This document shows, piece by piece, positions 27,317 to 36,204 of a stretch of DNA of 36,204 nucleotides. Numbering within the stretch: the first letter of the stretch is position 1; every line of letters begins with the position of its first letter. The position numbers were made by a program, and so were the translations under genes. Location: contig JANOQI010000060.1 of the NCBI GenBank assembly GCA_031414775.1, forward strand, positions 1 to 36,204, written 5' to 3'. Below the pieces are notes generated by a model that did not search any database, was not told where the DNA came from, and saw only the letters and a list, made by a program, of their open reading frames with translations. This DNA is from Synechococcales cyanobacterium VAR_4_metabat_354. Lineage in GTDB: Bacteria; Cyanobacteriota; Cyanobacteriia; Cyanobacteriales; Chamaesiphonaceae.

Positions 27317-28960
27317 ATGAAAATTACAAGACGTGAAGCAATCAAGCTGGTAGGGAGTGGCATCCTGATATCTCCCTTAAGTTTTCCTCAGCCAGCCCTA
27401 GCTCAGTTTAGCCCTACTTTCCCGCGATTCCAAAGACCGCTGAAACTACCACCTTTACTTCTTCCCACCAAAAGCAACACCACTGGCAAGCGCCCGATCG
27501 ACTACTACGAAATCAACATGCAGAAAGCAGAAGTCGAAATACTACCGGGGCTGATGACCAACATGTGGTGTTACGTCGGTAAAGGATTGTCTCCTGCTGC
27601 CGTCGGTCCAATCATTCGGCATCACGGCGGAGTAGAGCCAGAAGACGAAGGCCGTACCTCGGTAATTCGGTTTATCAACAATTTGGGAACAACTATTGAG
27701 CAGGGCATGGAAAAGCCGATCGACACTTCCATTCACCTGCATGGGATGGCATCACTGCCCGAATATGACGGATATGCCACCGACTTGATTTCACCTGGTT
27801 ATTTTAAAGATTACTTCTATCCCAACGATCGAGCGGCAACACTCTGGTATCACGATCATGCTGTCCACAAAACCTCGCGCAATGTTTATATGGGCTTGGC
27901 AGGCATGTATGTGGTGGATGATGCCAAAGACCGAACCCTCAATTTGCCCAAAGGGGAATATGACATTCCCTTAATCATTCAAGATAAAAAGTTCGATCCA
28001 ACAGGGCAATTAATCTTTAACGATCGCCAACAACGCAGCGCCTATGGCGATGTAGTATTGGTCAATGGCACACCATTTCCTCGCCTGAAAGTGAAGCGGC
28101 GGAAATATCGCTTCCGGGTACTGAATGCCTCCCCATCGCGCGTCTATCAATTGGTGTTGAGTCAACAAGAAAACACCTTAACAAAAGGAAATTCTTTCTA
28201 CGTTATTAGTACTGATGCCGGACTGTTGGAAAAGCCGATAAGAATGGAATCTCCGCTCAATTTACTGCGGATCGGGGTGGGCGAACGCTATGGCATAGTG
28301 ATTGATTTTAAAGACTATCCTAGCGGTTCCCAGCTCTATCTACATAATCCAGCATTTCCTAACAACGTGGATACGAACAACCAAACTGGTGTAATTATGC
28401 GGTTTGATATTGAGGAAGAAGCGATCGATGACAGCTCCCTGCCCACTATTTTGCGCCAACCCTTTGAACGCTTAGTCGATCAAATCCAGCCCGGTCAAAC
28501 TATTCCCACTCGCACCTTTCGGTTTGAGCGGAACGGCGGGGAATGGAAGATTAATAATAAAGTCTGGGACGAAAAACGCATAGATGCCAATCCTCAGCCA
28601 GGGGCAATCGAGATCTGGAAATTTGTAAACGCTGGCAGCGGTTGGGTGCATCCAGTGCACATTCACTTTGTTGATTTGCAAATGATCGATCGCAATGGAT
28701 TGCCACCCCGCCCCTACGAACGCGGCTGGAAGGATGTATTTCTCCTCGATGATTTTGAAACCATTAGAGTCATCGCCAAGTTTAGTGCACCGATCGACCC
28801 CACCCCTGGTAAAAGTCCGATTAAGGGCAAGTATATGATGCACTGCCATAATTTGGTGCATGAAGACCACGACATGATGACCCAGTTTGAGATTGGCTCC
28901 GGTGGCGATAGTCCTAAATCAGCTCCAGCGCAGCCCATCTCAGTGATGAAACCATTTTGA
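27317..28960 (+). CDS. Tat-exported multicopper oxidase (bilirubin oxidase/CotA-like)
   Basis: TRREAIK twin-arginine signal with ALA cleavage site, and all four Cu motifs (HLHG, WYHDH, HPVHIH, HCHNLVHEDHDMM). AGGAG RBS at 27304-27308 supports ATG 27317. Confidence 0.93.
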   Translation: MKITRREAIKLVGSGILISPLSFPQPALAQFSPTFPRFQRPLKLPPLLLPTKSNTTGKRPIDYYEINMQKAEVEILPGLMTNMWCYVGKGLSPAAVGPIIRHHGGVEPEDEGRTSVIRFINNLGTTIEQGMEKPIDTSIHLHGMASLPEYDGYATDLISPGYFKDYFYPNDRAATLWYHDHAVHKTSRNVYMGLAGMYVVDDAKDRTLNLPKGEYDIPLIIQDKKFDPTGQLIFNDRQQRSAYGDVVLVNGTPFPRLKVKRRKYRFRVLNASPSRVYQLVLSQQENTLTKGNSFYVISTDAGLLEKPIRMESPLNLLRIGVGERYGIVIDFKDYPSGSQLYLHNPAFPNNVDTNNQTGVIMRFDIEEEAIDDSSLPTILRQPFERLVDQIQPGQTIPTRTFRFERNGGEWKINNKVWDEKRIDANPQPGAIEIWKFVNAGSGWVHPVHIHFVDLQMIDRNGLPPRPYERGWKDVFLLDDFETIRVIAKFSAPIDPTPGKSPIKGKYMMHCHNLVHEDHDMMTQFEIGSGGDSPKSAPAQPISVMKPF

Positions 28961-28965
28961 TGGTT

Positions 28966-29325
28966 TCATTTCGGTTCTTTTCCTTTCATTTCCCCATAAG
29001 TCTGGCGATTACTTTCCCGAATGGCATCGTAGTCGTATGGATCGTAGGGAACTGAAGGGTCTGCCTGGGTAACTGGAGGATCTTTCTTTTGTGTACCATC
29101 TGGGGCTGGACTGGGCTTACCTGCCTGGGGAGGGTTAGGCGGAGTCGGATCAGCCGCATTCACTGCTAGGTAAACGGGAATATGTTCGAAAATGAGTATA
29201 CTGCTGGATAACGGGCTGCTCATGGCCACCCTTGTTGTCAGTATGATCGCAGCGAAACACAATAGCAGGGTTTGTAAAATTCGTTTTACCATAAGAATTT
29301 TGTAGTTATCTGTTACTTCCATCAT
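28966..29325 (-). CDS. Small Pro-rich, probably exported hypothetical protein
   Basis: Signal-like N-terminus, P-rich linker, C-terminal PYDPYDYDAIRESNRQTYGE. Confidence 0.6.
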   Translation of the reverse strand: MMEVTDNYKILMVKRILQTLLLCFAAIILTTRVAMSSPLSSSILIFEHIPVYLAVNAADPTPPNPPQAGKPSPAPDGTQKKDPPVTQADPSVPYDPYDYDAIRESNRQTYGEMKGKEPK

Positions 29326-29465
29326 ATCAGCAACAATCGAACCCGGTTAATGGAAACTCACTGCCATAATCACAACCTTTTCGGGGCGAGGTTAGCCCAA
29401 CTGGAGGTCTAAAAATGATACTGTGAGGGTATTTAATTATTACCTAGGCCACAGCGATCAAAAGA

Positions 29466-32400
29466 GTGCAAAATCAGTCTTTGTTAAAAAGCATCGATAC
29501 ATTACTGGTGTCCCACGGTCTTTTTGGGCTTAATGACGTGCAGATGACCGTCTTAGAAAGTACTTTAGCCGGGGAATCTTACCCAGAGATCGCTGATCGA
29601 TCGACCTATACACTGGAATATATCAGGGAAGTCGGCGCGAGACTTTGGCAGCTATTGGCTCAAGCATTAGGTGAACCAGTTAGTAAAAAAAATATTCGAT
29701 CGGTTTTACAGCGGTATCAACAGTCTTTAGCGGTAGTGGAATTAGAGCGCCAGTACTCTTGGGGTGAATCGATCGATGTCTCGATTTTCTATGGCCGTAC
29801 GCAAGAGCTGAAAACACTAGATAAATGGATTACCAAAGATCGTTGCCGCCTCATTGAAATTCTGGCGATGGGTGGGATGGGCAAGACGGCGCTGGCGGTG
29901 AAATTGGCGCAGCAGCTGCCCACCGAATTTGATTTTGTGGTGTGGCGATCACTACGTAATGCTCCGCCGTTGTCGGATATTTTGGCGGACACGATTGCTC
30001 TGCTTTCACAGCAACAGGAAATTGCCTTAACTGTAGACCCTGCTATCCATCTGGCTCGGCTGATCCACTATTTGCAACAACATCGCTGTCTGTTGATCTT
30101 CGATAATGTAGAGTCGATTTTGGAGGGTGGCAGTTCCCGCCAATATTTAGCGGGTTATGAAGGTTATGGAGAGCTATTTCGACGAGTAGCCGAATGCTCT
30201 CATCAAAGCTGTGTCTTGTTGACTAGTCGCGAACAAATCGCTGAAATTGGCAATTTTGCCGGAGATAATTTACCGGTAAGGACATTGCCGCTGGGTGGAC
30301 TATCGATCGAGGCGGGGATGGCGATCTTAGATGACAAAGGTTTGCCACTGACGATCGATAAAGGGCAAGAATTAGTTGATTTATATGCAGGGAATCCACT
30401 GGCGCTGAAGATTATTTCCACTTCGATTTTGGAAGTGTTTGACGGCCAAATCCAAGAATTTTTTGATCAGGGTACTGCTGTTTTCAATGGGATCAGAATG
30501 TTGCTGGAGCGTCAATTTGAGCGACTGTCGTCGATCGAACAGCAGGTGATGTTTTGGCTGGCAATTGAGCGGGAATGGGTGTCGGTGGGAGATCTCCAAG
30601 CAGATATATTACCAGCGATTTCAATATCACAGTTATTGGAAGCGTTGGAATATTTGCAAGGTCGATCGCTGATTGAGGTGAAGGCTGGTCGATTTACGCA
30701 GCAGCCGGTAGTAATGGAGTATGCGATCGATAAATTATTAAGGGCGATGCGCACGGAGATTTGCGATCAAACACCCCAGCTATGGCTGACTTATGCGTTG
30801 ATGAAGGCGCAGTCTAAGGACTATGTGCGGGATAGTCAAATTCGGGTAATTGTTCAACCTTTGTTGGCGATGTTGGCTTCAGATTTAGGTGGAGAGGGAT
30901 CGACTATCCAGGTTTTGAAAGGGTTGTTGTCGGGTTTGGCGGCAGATGCGTTGGCGGCGGCTAGTTATGGGGCGGGTAATTGTTTGAATTTGCTTGGTCA
31001 GTTGCAGGCTGATTTAACGGGGTTGGATTTGGCGGGATTAAGTATTCGGCAGGCTGATTTGCGGGAGGTGTCGCTGGCTGGGGTGAATTTGACGCGGGCT
31101 AATTTGGAGACTTCGTTGTTTGCGGAATCGATCGGCGATGTTTTTAAAGTTGCCATTAGCCCGGACGATCGGCTCATTGCTAAAGGTGGAAGTGACGGTA
31201 AAATTACCATTTGGGAATTAGGAACTGGTCGAAATATTTATAGTATCAAAGCTCATGATAGTTATGTTGCCAGCTTAGTTTTTACGGCGAACAGCAAAAA
31301 ACTTATCAGTTCGAGTTTTGATGGTTCGATCAAAACTTGGGATCTAGAAAGTGGATTCTGTTTACAAACGTTACAGCTACAAGCGCCTGTTTACCGGATC
31401 GCTCTAAATCAGAACAGCACCATTTTGGCTAGTGGTAGTAATTGTGGTGACATTCTATTGTGGAATCTAGCGACTGGAGAAATTTCAAAAAGGCTTGTTG
31501 GCCATAAATTAACTGTTGTAGATATGTCCTTTCAACCACAAGGACAGTTACTTGCTAGTAGTAGTTTTGATACCTCTATTAAAATCTGGAATCTGGATAC
31601 AGAAGATTGCGTGAATACCCTCACTGGACATACTGAACTCGTTTCATCAGTAAATTTTAATTCTTTAGGTACCCAAGTAGTTAGTAGTGGCTTGGACAAA
31701 TCTATTAAAATCTGGGATGTGGAGTCTGGTCAATGTTTGCAAACTATTCAAAAGCACAAAAAAACAGTTATTGACGTTCTATTTAGTCCCAATAGTCAGC
31801 AAATAATTAGTGGTAGCCAAGATTTGACCGTGCGCATTTGGGATGAGGTAACTTTTCATAACTGGGAATGCACTCATGTTTTACTAGGGCATGAGAATAC
31901 GATTTGGTCGATTGCTCTCAATACTACAGGTGAAACTTTGATTAGTAGCGATCAAGGCGGTATTTTAAAAGTTTGGGATGTGCAATTAGGGAAATGTATC
32001 AAAACTTTTGGTAGTATATCTAAAGTTTTTAGATCCTTAGCTTTTCACCCACATAAAAATCTGCTGGCCAGCAGTACTGAAAATCGCCAAATTCAGCTCT
32101 GGGATCTCTCTACTTATCAGTGTTTGAGTACTATGGTGGCTCATGAAATTGCTGTTTGGCAAGTTGCATTTTCACCTAATGGTGATGCGCTGGTTAGTTG
32201 CGGTATGGATGGGGTAGTCAAGATTTGGGATATCACTGAAAATTCTACTTTTCAAAAATACCATCAACTCACTCAGCAAATTTTACGACCGATTTTTACG
32301 ATTGCTTTTCATCCCAATGGCAAAATTTTAGCCACAGGCACTGTTGATAGTATTTGTCTTTGGGATTATCCTTCTGGTCGGTTGTTGAAAAAGTTAGATC

Positions 32401-33026
32401 GATCAGGATTAGGACATGTAGCTTTCCATCCAACCGGCCAACAATTGGCAGTAGCTGACCATGATCCTAATATCAATATTTGGAGTTTAGGAACAGGAGA
32501 TAGCGATCTCGAAGTATCTTACTGGCTGAAATGCTCACTACAGGGGCATAGAAGTGAAAATTGGGCGGTGGCTTTTCATCCCCATGGCTGCTTGTTAGCC
32601 AGTGGTGGAGAGGATCGCGACATTCGTATTTGGGATATTGACATGGGTGAGTGTCGCTATGTTTTGAGCGAACATATTGCACCTATAACCTGTCTAGCAT
32701 TTAGTCCTGATGGAAATTATTTAGCCAGTAGTAGTAAAGATCGCACGATTCGAATTTGGGAAGTATCTACTGGAAAATGTATTAGAACACTAACAACTCA
32801 CACGGATTTAGTTAATTTTGTGGTTTTTCATCCTGATGCAAAGCGACAATTACTAGCCAGTTGTAGTCATGATGAAACAATTCGATTATGGGACATGGAT
32901 TTCTGGTTGTGTACCAAGACATTACGACAACGAAGAATCTATGAAGAAATGAATATTACCGGAGCCACCGGACTCTCCCTGCCTCAAATAGCGACGCTCA
33001 AAAACTTTGGTGCCATTACAAACTAG
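29466..33026 (+). CDS. STAND NB-ARC ATPase with N-terminal HTH, pentapeptide linker and WD40 repeats
   Basis: FYGRTQEL, AMGGMGKT, WRSLRNAPP, LLIFDNVE, LLTSRE, GNPLALK, ADLTGLDLAGLSIRQADL, roughly 14 WD repeats, YEEMNITGATGL C-terminus. Confidence 0.93.
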   Translation: MQNQSLLKSIDTLLVSHGLFGLNDVQMTVLESTLAGESYPEIADRSTYTLEYIREVGARLWQLLAQALGEPVSKKNIRSVLQRYQQSLAVVELERQYSWGESIDVSIFYGRTQELKTLDKWITKDRCRLIEILAMGGMGKTALAVKLAQQLPTEFDFVVWRSLRNAPPLSDILADTIALLSQQQEIALTVDPAIHLARLIHYLQQHRCLLIFDNVESILEGGSSRQYLAGYEGYGELFRRVAECSHQSCVLLTSREQIAEIGNFAGDNLPVRTLPLGGLSIEAGMAILDDKGLPLTIDKGQELVDLYAGNPLALKIISTSILEVFDGQIQEFFDQGTAVFNGIRMLLERQFERLSSIEQQVMFWLAIEREWVSVGDLQADILPAISISQLLEALEYLQGRSLIEVKAGRFTQQPVVMEYAIDKLLRAMRTEICDQTPQLWLTYALMKAQSKDYVRDSQIRVIVQPLLAMLASDLGGEGSTIQVLKGLLSGLAADALAAASYGAGNCLNLLGQLQADLTGLDLAGLSIRQADLREVSLAGVNLTRANLETSLFAESIGDVFKVAISPDDRLIAKGGSDGKITIWELGTGRNIYSIKAHDSYVASLVFTANSKKLISSSFDGSIKTWDLESGFCLQTLQLQAPVYRIALNQNSTILASGSNCGDILLWNLATGEISKRLVGHKLTVVDMSFQPQGQLLASSSFDTSIKIWNLDTEDCVNTLTGHTELVSSVNFNSLGTQVVSSGLDKSIKIWDVESGQCLQTIQKHKKTVIDVLFSPNSQQIISGSQDLTVRIWDEVTFHNWECTHVLLGHENTIWSIALNTTGETLISSDQGGILKVWDVQLGKCIKTFGSISKVFRSLAFHPHKNLLASSTENRQIQLWDLSTYQCLSTMVAHEIAVWQVAFSPNGDALVSCGMDGVVKIWDITENSTFQKYHQLTQQILRPIFTIAFHPNGKILATGTVDSICLWDYPSGRLLKKLDRSGLGHVAFHPTGQQLAVADHDPNINIWSLGTGDSDLEVSYWLKCSLQGHRSENWAVAFHPHGCLLASGGEDRDIRIWDIDMGECRYVLSEHIAPITCLAFSPDGNYLASSSKDRTIRIWEVSTGKCIRTLTTHTDLVNFVVFHPDAKRQLLASCSHDETIRLWDMDFWLCTKTLRQRRIYEEMNITGATGLSLPQIATLKNFGAITN

Positions 33027-33070
33027 CATTTTGTGGATACTATTATGAAGCGAGGCATAGGCGTATTGTT

Positions 33071-33925
33071 TCAAAAGAATGGGTGTTTTTGAATATGCTT
33101 AAAGATCTCATCTCTAACTATTTGAGGAGCATCTTGTACTAATGTGTGCCCAGCATCGATTTCAATTAATTGATAATCTTGTGTCTCCATGTAATTTCTA
33201 GTATCCTTAATACCTGAAGGAGCAAAAGCAATATCTTTATTCCCCCAAATTAGCACAGTTGGGACGGATACCTTGCCGTAAGGAATTGGTAGTTTGTAGT
33301 TCGCCCTATACCAATTAATAATAGCTTTCCGTCCATTGAACTTACTGAAAACATCTAAATAAGCTGTCGTGTTAGATTCTTCCCAAACAAATTTACGAAG
33401 ATATGGAATAGAAATAACAATGCCCAGAAAAAGTTCAGGAATAATTGGCAACTGAAATAATGTTATGTACCAACTTAGCTTAATCTGATCACAATTGTTC
33501 TTTTTAGCTTTGTACCATGCCTCCATATGTGGCACAGAGAGAACCGTCCAACTTTTTACGAGATGAGGATGTAACTCCACTATAGTCCAGCCACAACCAG
33601 CTCCCCAATCATGAGCTACTAAATGGAATTTCTTAAACCCTAAGACATCTGCTAACTCAACTACATCTGAAGCGATTTTGTCGATACGGTATTTTTTAAT
33701 ACCTTGAGGTCTTGCTTTTGGACTATAGCCGCGCAAGTCTGGAGCAAAGCATCGATAACCTTGAGCCACCAAAAACTCTAAAATATTTTCCCACATGTAA
33801 GAACTTTCTGGAAAACCATGCAACAAAATTACTGGTTCTCCATCATTATCTAATCCACAGACCCGGCAGTGAAATGTCATACCATTTGCCATGAATTCTT
33901 TGATTTCAACTTTATTATTTTTCAT
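33071..33925 (-). CDS. Alpha/beta hydrolase (epoxide hydrolase/haloalkane dehalogenase-like)
   Basis: LLHGFPES, APDLRGYS, AHDWGA (Asp nucleophile), WGNKD, DAGH. Confidence 0.9.
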   Translation of the reverse strand: MKNNKVEIKEFMANGMTFHCRVCGLDNDGEPVILLHGFPESSYMWENILEFLVAQGYRCFAPDLRGYSPKARPQGIKKYRIDKIASDVVELADVLGFKKFHLVAHDWGAGCGWTIVELHPHLVKSWTVLSVPHMEAWYKAKKNNCDQIKLSWYITLFQLPIIPELFLGIVISIPYLRKFVWEESNTTAYLDVFSKFNGRKAIINWYRANYKLPIPYGKVSVPTVLIWGNKDIAFAPSGIKDTRNYMETQDYQLIEIDAGHTLVQDAPQIVRDEIFKHIQKHPFF

Positions 33926-34124
33926 GAATTCTCTCTAATGACATTTTATGTACGTTTGCTTATTTTAAGACTGAATCCGTTTAACAAAAAAGCTTGAAAT
34001 TTTGCTCTTGCTAAATCATAGCGGTAAAATGTTTTATTCTGTGATTCTTTTTCTCAAGATTATCATGGATTTATTTTCATATTCCCCCCTACTTTGGCGG
34101 CAACAAAATCCACCCAAATAGCAA

Positions 34125-34320
34125 ATGCCTCACAAAGAATTGCCACTGGCAGAAAGACAACTATTAATTAGACAGCTAATGCGCAAACTAGGTGAAACTA
34201 ATCATGAAACGATCGATTCGATCGATCAGCTCACTCTCGAACAGTTGGAATCGCTAGGTGATGCTCTGTTGGACTTCAATGCGATCCGAAGATCTGCATT
34301 TATGGCTAAATGACAGTTAA
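34125..34320 (+). pseudogene. Stand-alone DUF4351 domain with a +1 frameshift
   Basis: LLIRQLMRKLG...QLTLEQLESLGDALLDF. Removing one C at 34286/7 restores the typical ending AIEDLHLWLNDS* (TAA 34318-34320). Confidence 0.75.
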
Positions 34321-35009
34321 GAATTTTCCGGAGGCAGCTCGCCAAAACGTTGTTGATACATTGCTAGCTGTGCCTCTAATTCATTCGATCGTTGAATTTC
34401 TCTAGCTAAGGCTAGGTCTAGTTCAGCTGGGGGCAATAATTTTTCTCCGTTATCTAACCGATGGAAAGCGATGGTTTTGTCTTCTACGGTGATCTGAAGT
34501 TGGAGGGGCTGACTGTGACCATCAGTGATTGGAAAATAAGTCTGTTCTCCGGCTCCTTGCAACCTGAAACCGCGCAGTTTTTCGGGAATCCATTCGCCAC
34601 GCGGGTCAAACTGCCAATACTCGGTCACACCAATGCTTTCGTACAGATTTTTTTTATCAATATCATCTTGTAAGCGGGTACCGGGTGAAGTCACTTCAAA
34701 TACTACAGCTGGCACCTGGCCTTCTTCCCAGGTTTTATAATTATCGCGGCCGCCTGGCTGGACGTTAAAGATCACCATGACATCTGGAGCGACTCGTAAG
34801 CGGGGAAACCCTTGAGCGTAGTACAAATATTGATCGGCTAGGACGGTGGCTGGTTGGCCTCTGAGGTAATTCATGAGCATGGCCACGGTGGTCATGATTA
34901 CGTATAAGTGGTCAAAGGTTTCAGCCAAGGGTGCTCCGTCTGAGCTGGGGTATAAGATTTCAGGGCGCGGGGCCGGGTTGGAAATGGCGCTGATTAATCC
35001 TACTGTCAT
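34317..35009 (-). CDS. Uma2 family endonuclease-fold protein
   Basis: YPSSDGAPLAETFDH, VAPDVMVI, VFEVTSPGT, GVTEYWQFDP. Confidence 0.93.
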   Translation of the reverse strand: MTVGLISAISNPAPRPEILYPSSDGAPLAETFDHLYVIMTTVAMLMNYLRGQPATVLADQYLYYAQGFPRLRVAPDVMVIFNVQPGGRDNYKTWEEGQVPAVVFEVTSPGTRLQDDIDKKNLYESIGVTEYWQFDPRGEWIPEKLRGFRLQGAGEQTYFPITDGHSQPLQLQITVEDKTIAFHRLDNGEKLLPPAELDLALAREIQRSNELEAQLAMYQQRFGELPPENS

Positions 35010-35187
35010 AAAGTTTTTCTCCGCGATCGAATCTCGATTTTAGCATTGGTGTTGGGATCTGCTGATTTTGAGTTCGATCGGTTTCAAGGATTTACAAAAA
35101 TTCATAAAACAACTTACTTTTTCCTACTGATCGCTGATTAATTATCAAATACCATATTGCTAAACAAATTGAGTGCAGGAATAAGAA

Positions 35188-36204
35188 ATGCGATTTGGAA
35201 AAGTTCTAATTAGTTGTCTGGTGACAGCTACATATACAATTGGCACAAGTCTGAGTTTTCCAGTACAAAAAACTTCTGCTCAATCCACACCTCGTCCATA
35301 TGTTGTATTAGTTAATGGCTATAATGATTGCTGTGCATGGAATATGGAAACAGCGGTTAGTGAACTAAAAAAAAACGGTGCAGAAATTCGACTAGTTCCA
35401 TGGGATGGATTTGAAGATGGGGGAAAAGAGAAAAGCCGCACTTCCAATGATGCTACTTTTTTAAGTGAAGCTGCTGATTTCATCAATAATAAACTTGATC
35501 CTAATCGACCTCTGGTCATGATTGGACATAGCTTTGGTGGAGATTCTTTACTCAGCCTGGCACCTCGAATAAATAGACGCATTCAATTTTTAGGGGTTAT
35601 TGATCCTGTAGCTGCTGGCGGTCTACGTCTACCAGTAAAGGGTCGTGGCGTTCCATCGAATGTAGATTATTTCTTCAATAGATGGCAGAAAAATGGTTTG
35701 AATTTGAGAAATGTCGTTCCATTTGATAGTCGAACTGTCAATGGTTCTATTTTTTCTTGTCAAGCTAAAATTTGCGATCAGGAGGAGCAAAATCTAGCCA
35801 GAAATAGTGATGGCTTAGAAAATAGAGTTTCATGTGGAGCACATGAAATAAGTTGCTCTGGTTGGAGGCTACCTGGTTGTAATTTTAGAGGATGTTGGAA
35901 GGGTTCAAATGGAACTAAGTCAAAACGCCTTGATCACAATGACATGCCATTAGATGGACTGATTCAGAGTCAAATTGCAGTTAATGCACGGAGTGCTGTA
36001 AGAATCTCTTCTACTTCGCTGCGAGGACAATCCGATAGAATTGATCCTCGCACTGCCTACCAGAAATATCGATTGAACCAAGTCAGTGCCTTAGATCAAA
36101 TAGGTAATAATTTTGCTTTTAGTGCCTTGCCCAATGGCGATTTGTTAGCCATCAAGAAATCCGGGACTGCAAGTGGCCATGTTGAGGTTCATATTCTGAC
36201 AGCC
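35188..36204 (+). CDS. Secreted Cys-rich alpha/beta-fold hydrolase with C-terminal FG-GAP/VCBS-like repeats (partial, runs off the window end)
   Basis: Hand-translated open frame of 339 codons from ATG 35188: signal MRFGKVLISCLVTATYTIGTSLSFPVQKTSA, VVLVNG, MIGHSFGG (GxSxG), GVIDPV, LDHND, then DLLAIKKSGTASGHVEVHILTA. Absent from the ORF track. Confidence 0.8.
   Translation, partial: MRFGKVLISCLVTATYTIGTSLSFPVQKTSAQSTPRPYVVLVNGYNDCCAWNMETAVSELKKNGAEIRLVPWDGFEDGGKEKSRTSNDATFLSEAADFINNKLDPNRPLVMIGHSFGGDSLLSLAPRINRRIQFLGVIDPVAAGGLRLPVKGRGVPSNVDYFFNRWQKNGLNLRNVVPFDSRTVNGSIFSCQAKICDQEEQNLARNSDGLENRVSCGAHEISCSGWRLPGCNFRGCWKGSNGTKSKRLDHNDMPLDGLIQSQIAVNARSAVRISSTSLRGQSDRIDPRTAYQKYRLNQVSALDQIGNNFAFSALPNGDLLAIKKSGTASGHVEVHILTA

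Noticed and set aside
35136..35148. TGATTAATTATCA as a Fur or FNR box
   Set aside because: The spacing fits neither consensus, and such a dyad is likely by chance in AT-rich DNA.
35319..35582. 87-aa minus-strand ORF in the track
   Set aside because: It is antisense to the real + strand hydrolase ORF starting at 35188.
1..36204. CRISPR arrays, tRNA/rRNA genes, integrase or prophage genes
   Set aside because: I saw no regularly spaced repeats, RNA-gene signatures or phage/integrase motifs. Short ncRNAs cannot be excluded by eye.

Overview
Cyanobacterial chromosomal window, based on abundant CGATCG-core palindromes (GCGATCGC and TCGATCGA) and cyanobacteria-typical DUF433/DUF5615, Uma2, DUF4351 and NB-ARC/WD40 genes. 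Left end (1-5.6 kb) is a defence/mobile-type patch: the 5' end of an IS630-family element, a DUF433/DUF5615 PIN toxin-antitoxin pair, a PD-(D/E)XK-like protein, a SNF2 helicase with no mod/res partner, and a divergent membrane-anchored coiled-coil protein. 5.9-16.5 kb is a polysaccharide cluster (MurJ-like flippase, three GT4 enzymes, Wzy-like protein, LbH acetyltransferase, galE, GH123/DUF4091-like hydrolase), interrupted by a 425-bp internally deleted IS982 element with perfect terminal inverted repeats and a 7-bp target duplication. Housekeeping-type genes follow (HAD, chrA, dedA, prlC). The most notable region is a very AT-rich, translationally coupled three-gene island at 21.3-25.2 kb (ABC/AAA_21-DUF3696 ATPase, TOPRIM-like protein, DUF262 protein), a candidate anti-phage system related to Menshen/PARIS. 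It lies between a REP-like hairpin and what looks like a truncated lysR gene whose operator survives. The right part holds SnoaL-like, EamA, Tat multicopper oxidase (with a 13-bp-arm perfect palindrome upstream), NB-ARC/WD40, alpha/beta hydrolase, frameshifted DUF4351, Uma2, and a partial secreted hydrolase missing from the ORF track. All family calls come from motif recognition by eye; no database searches were run.
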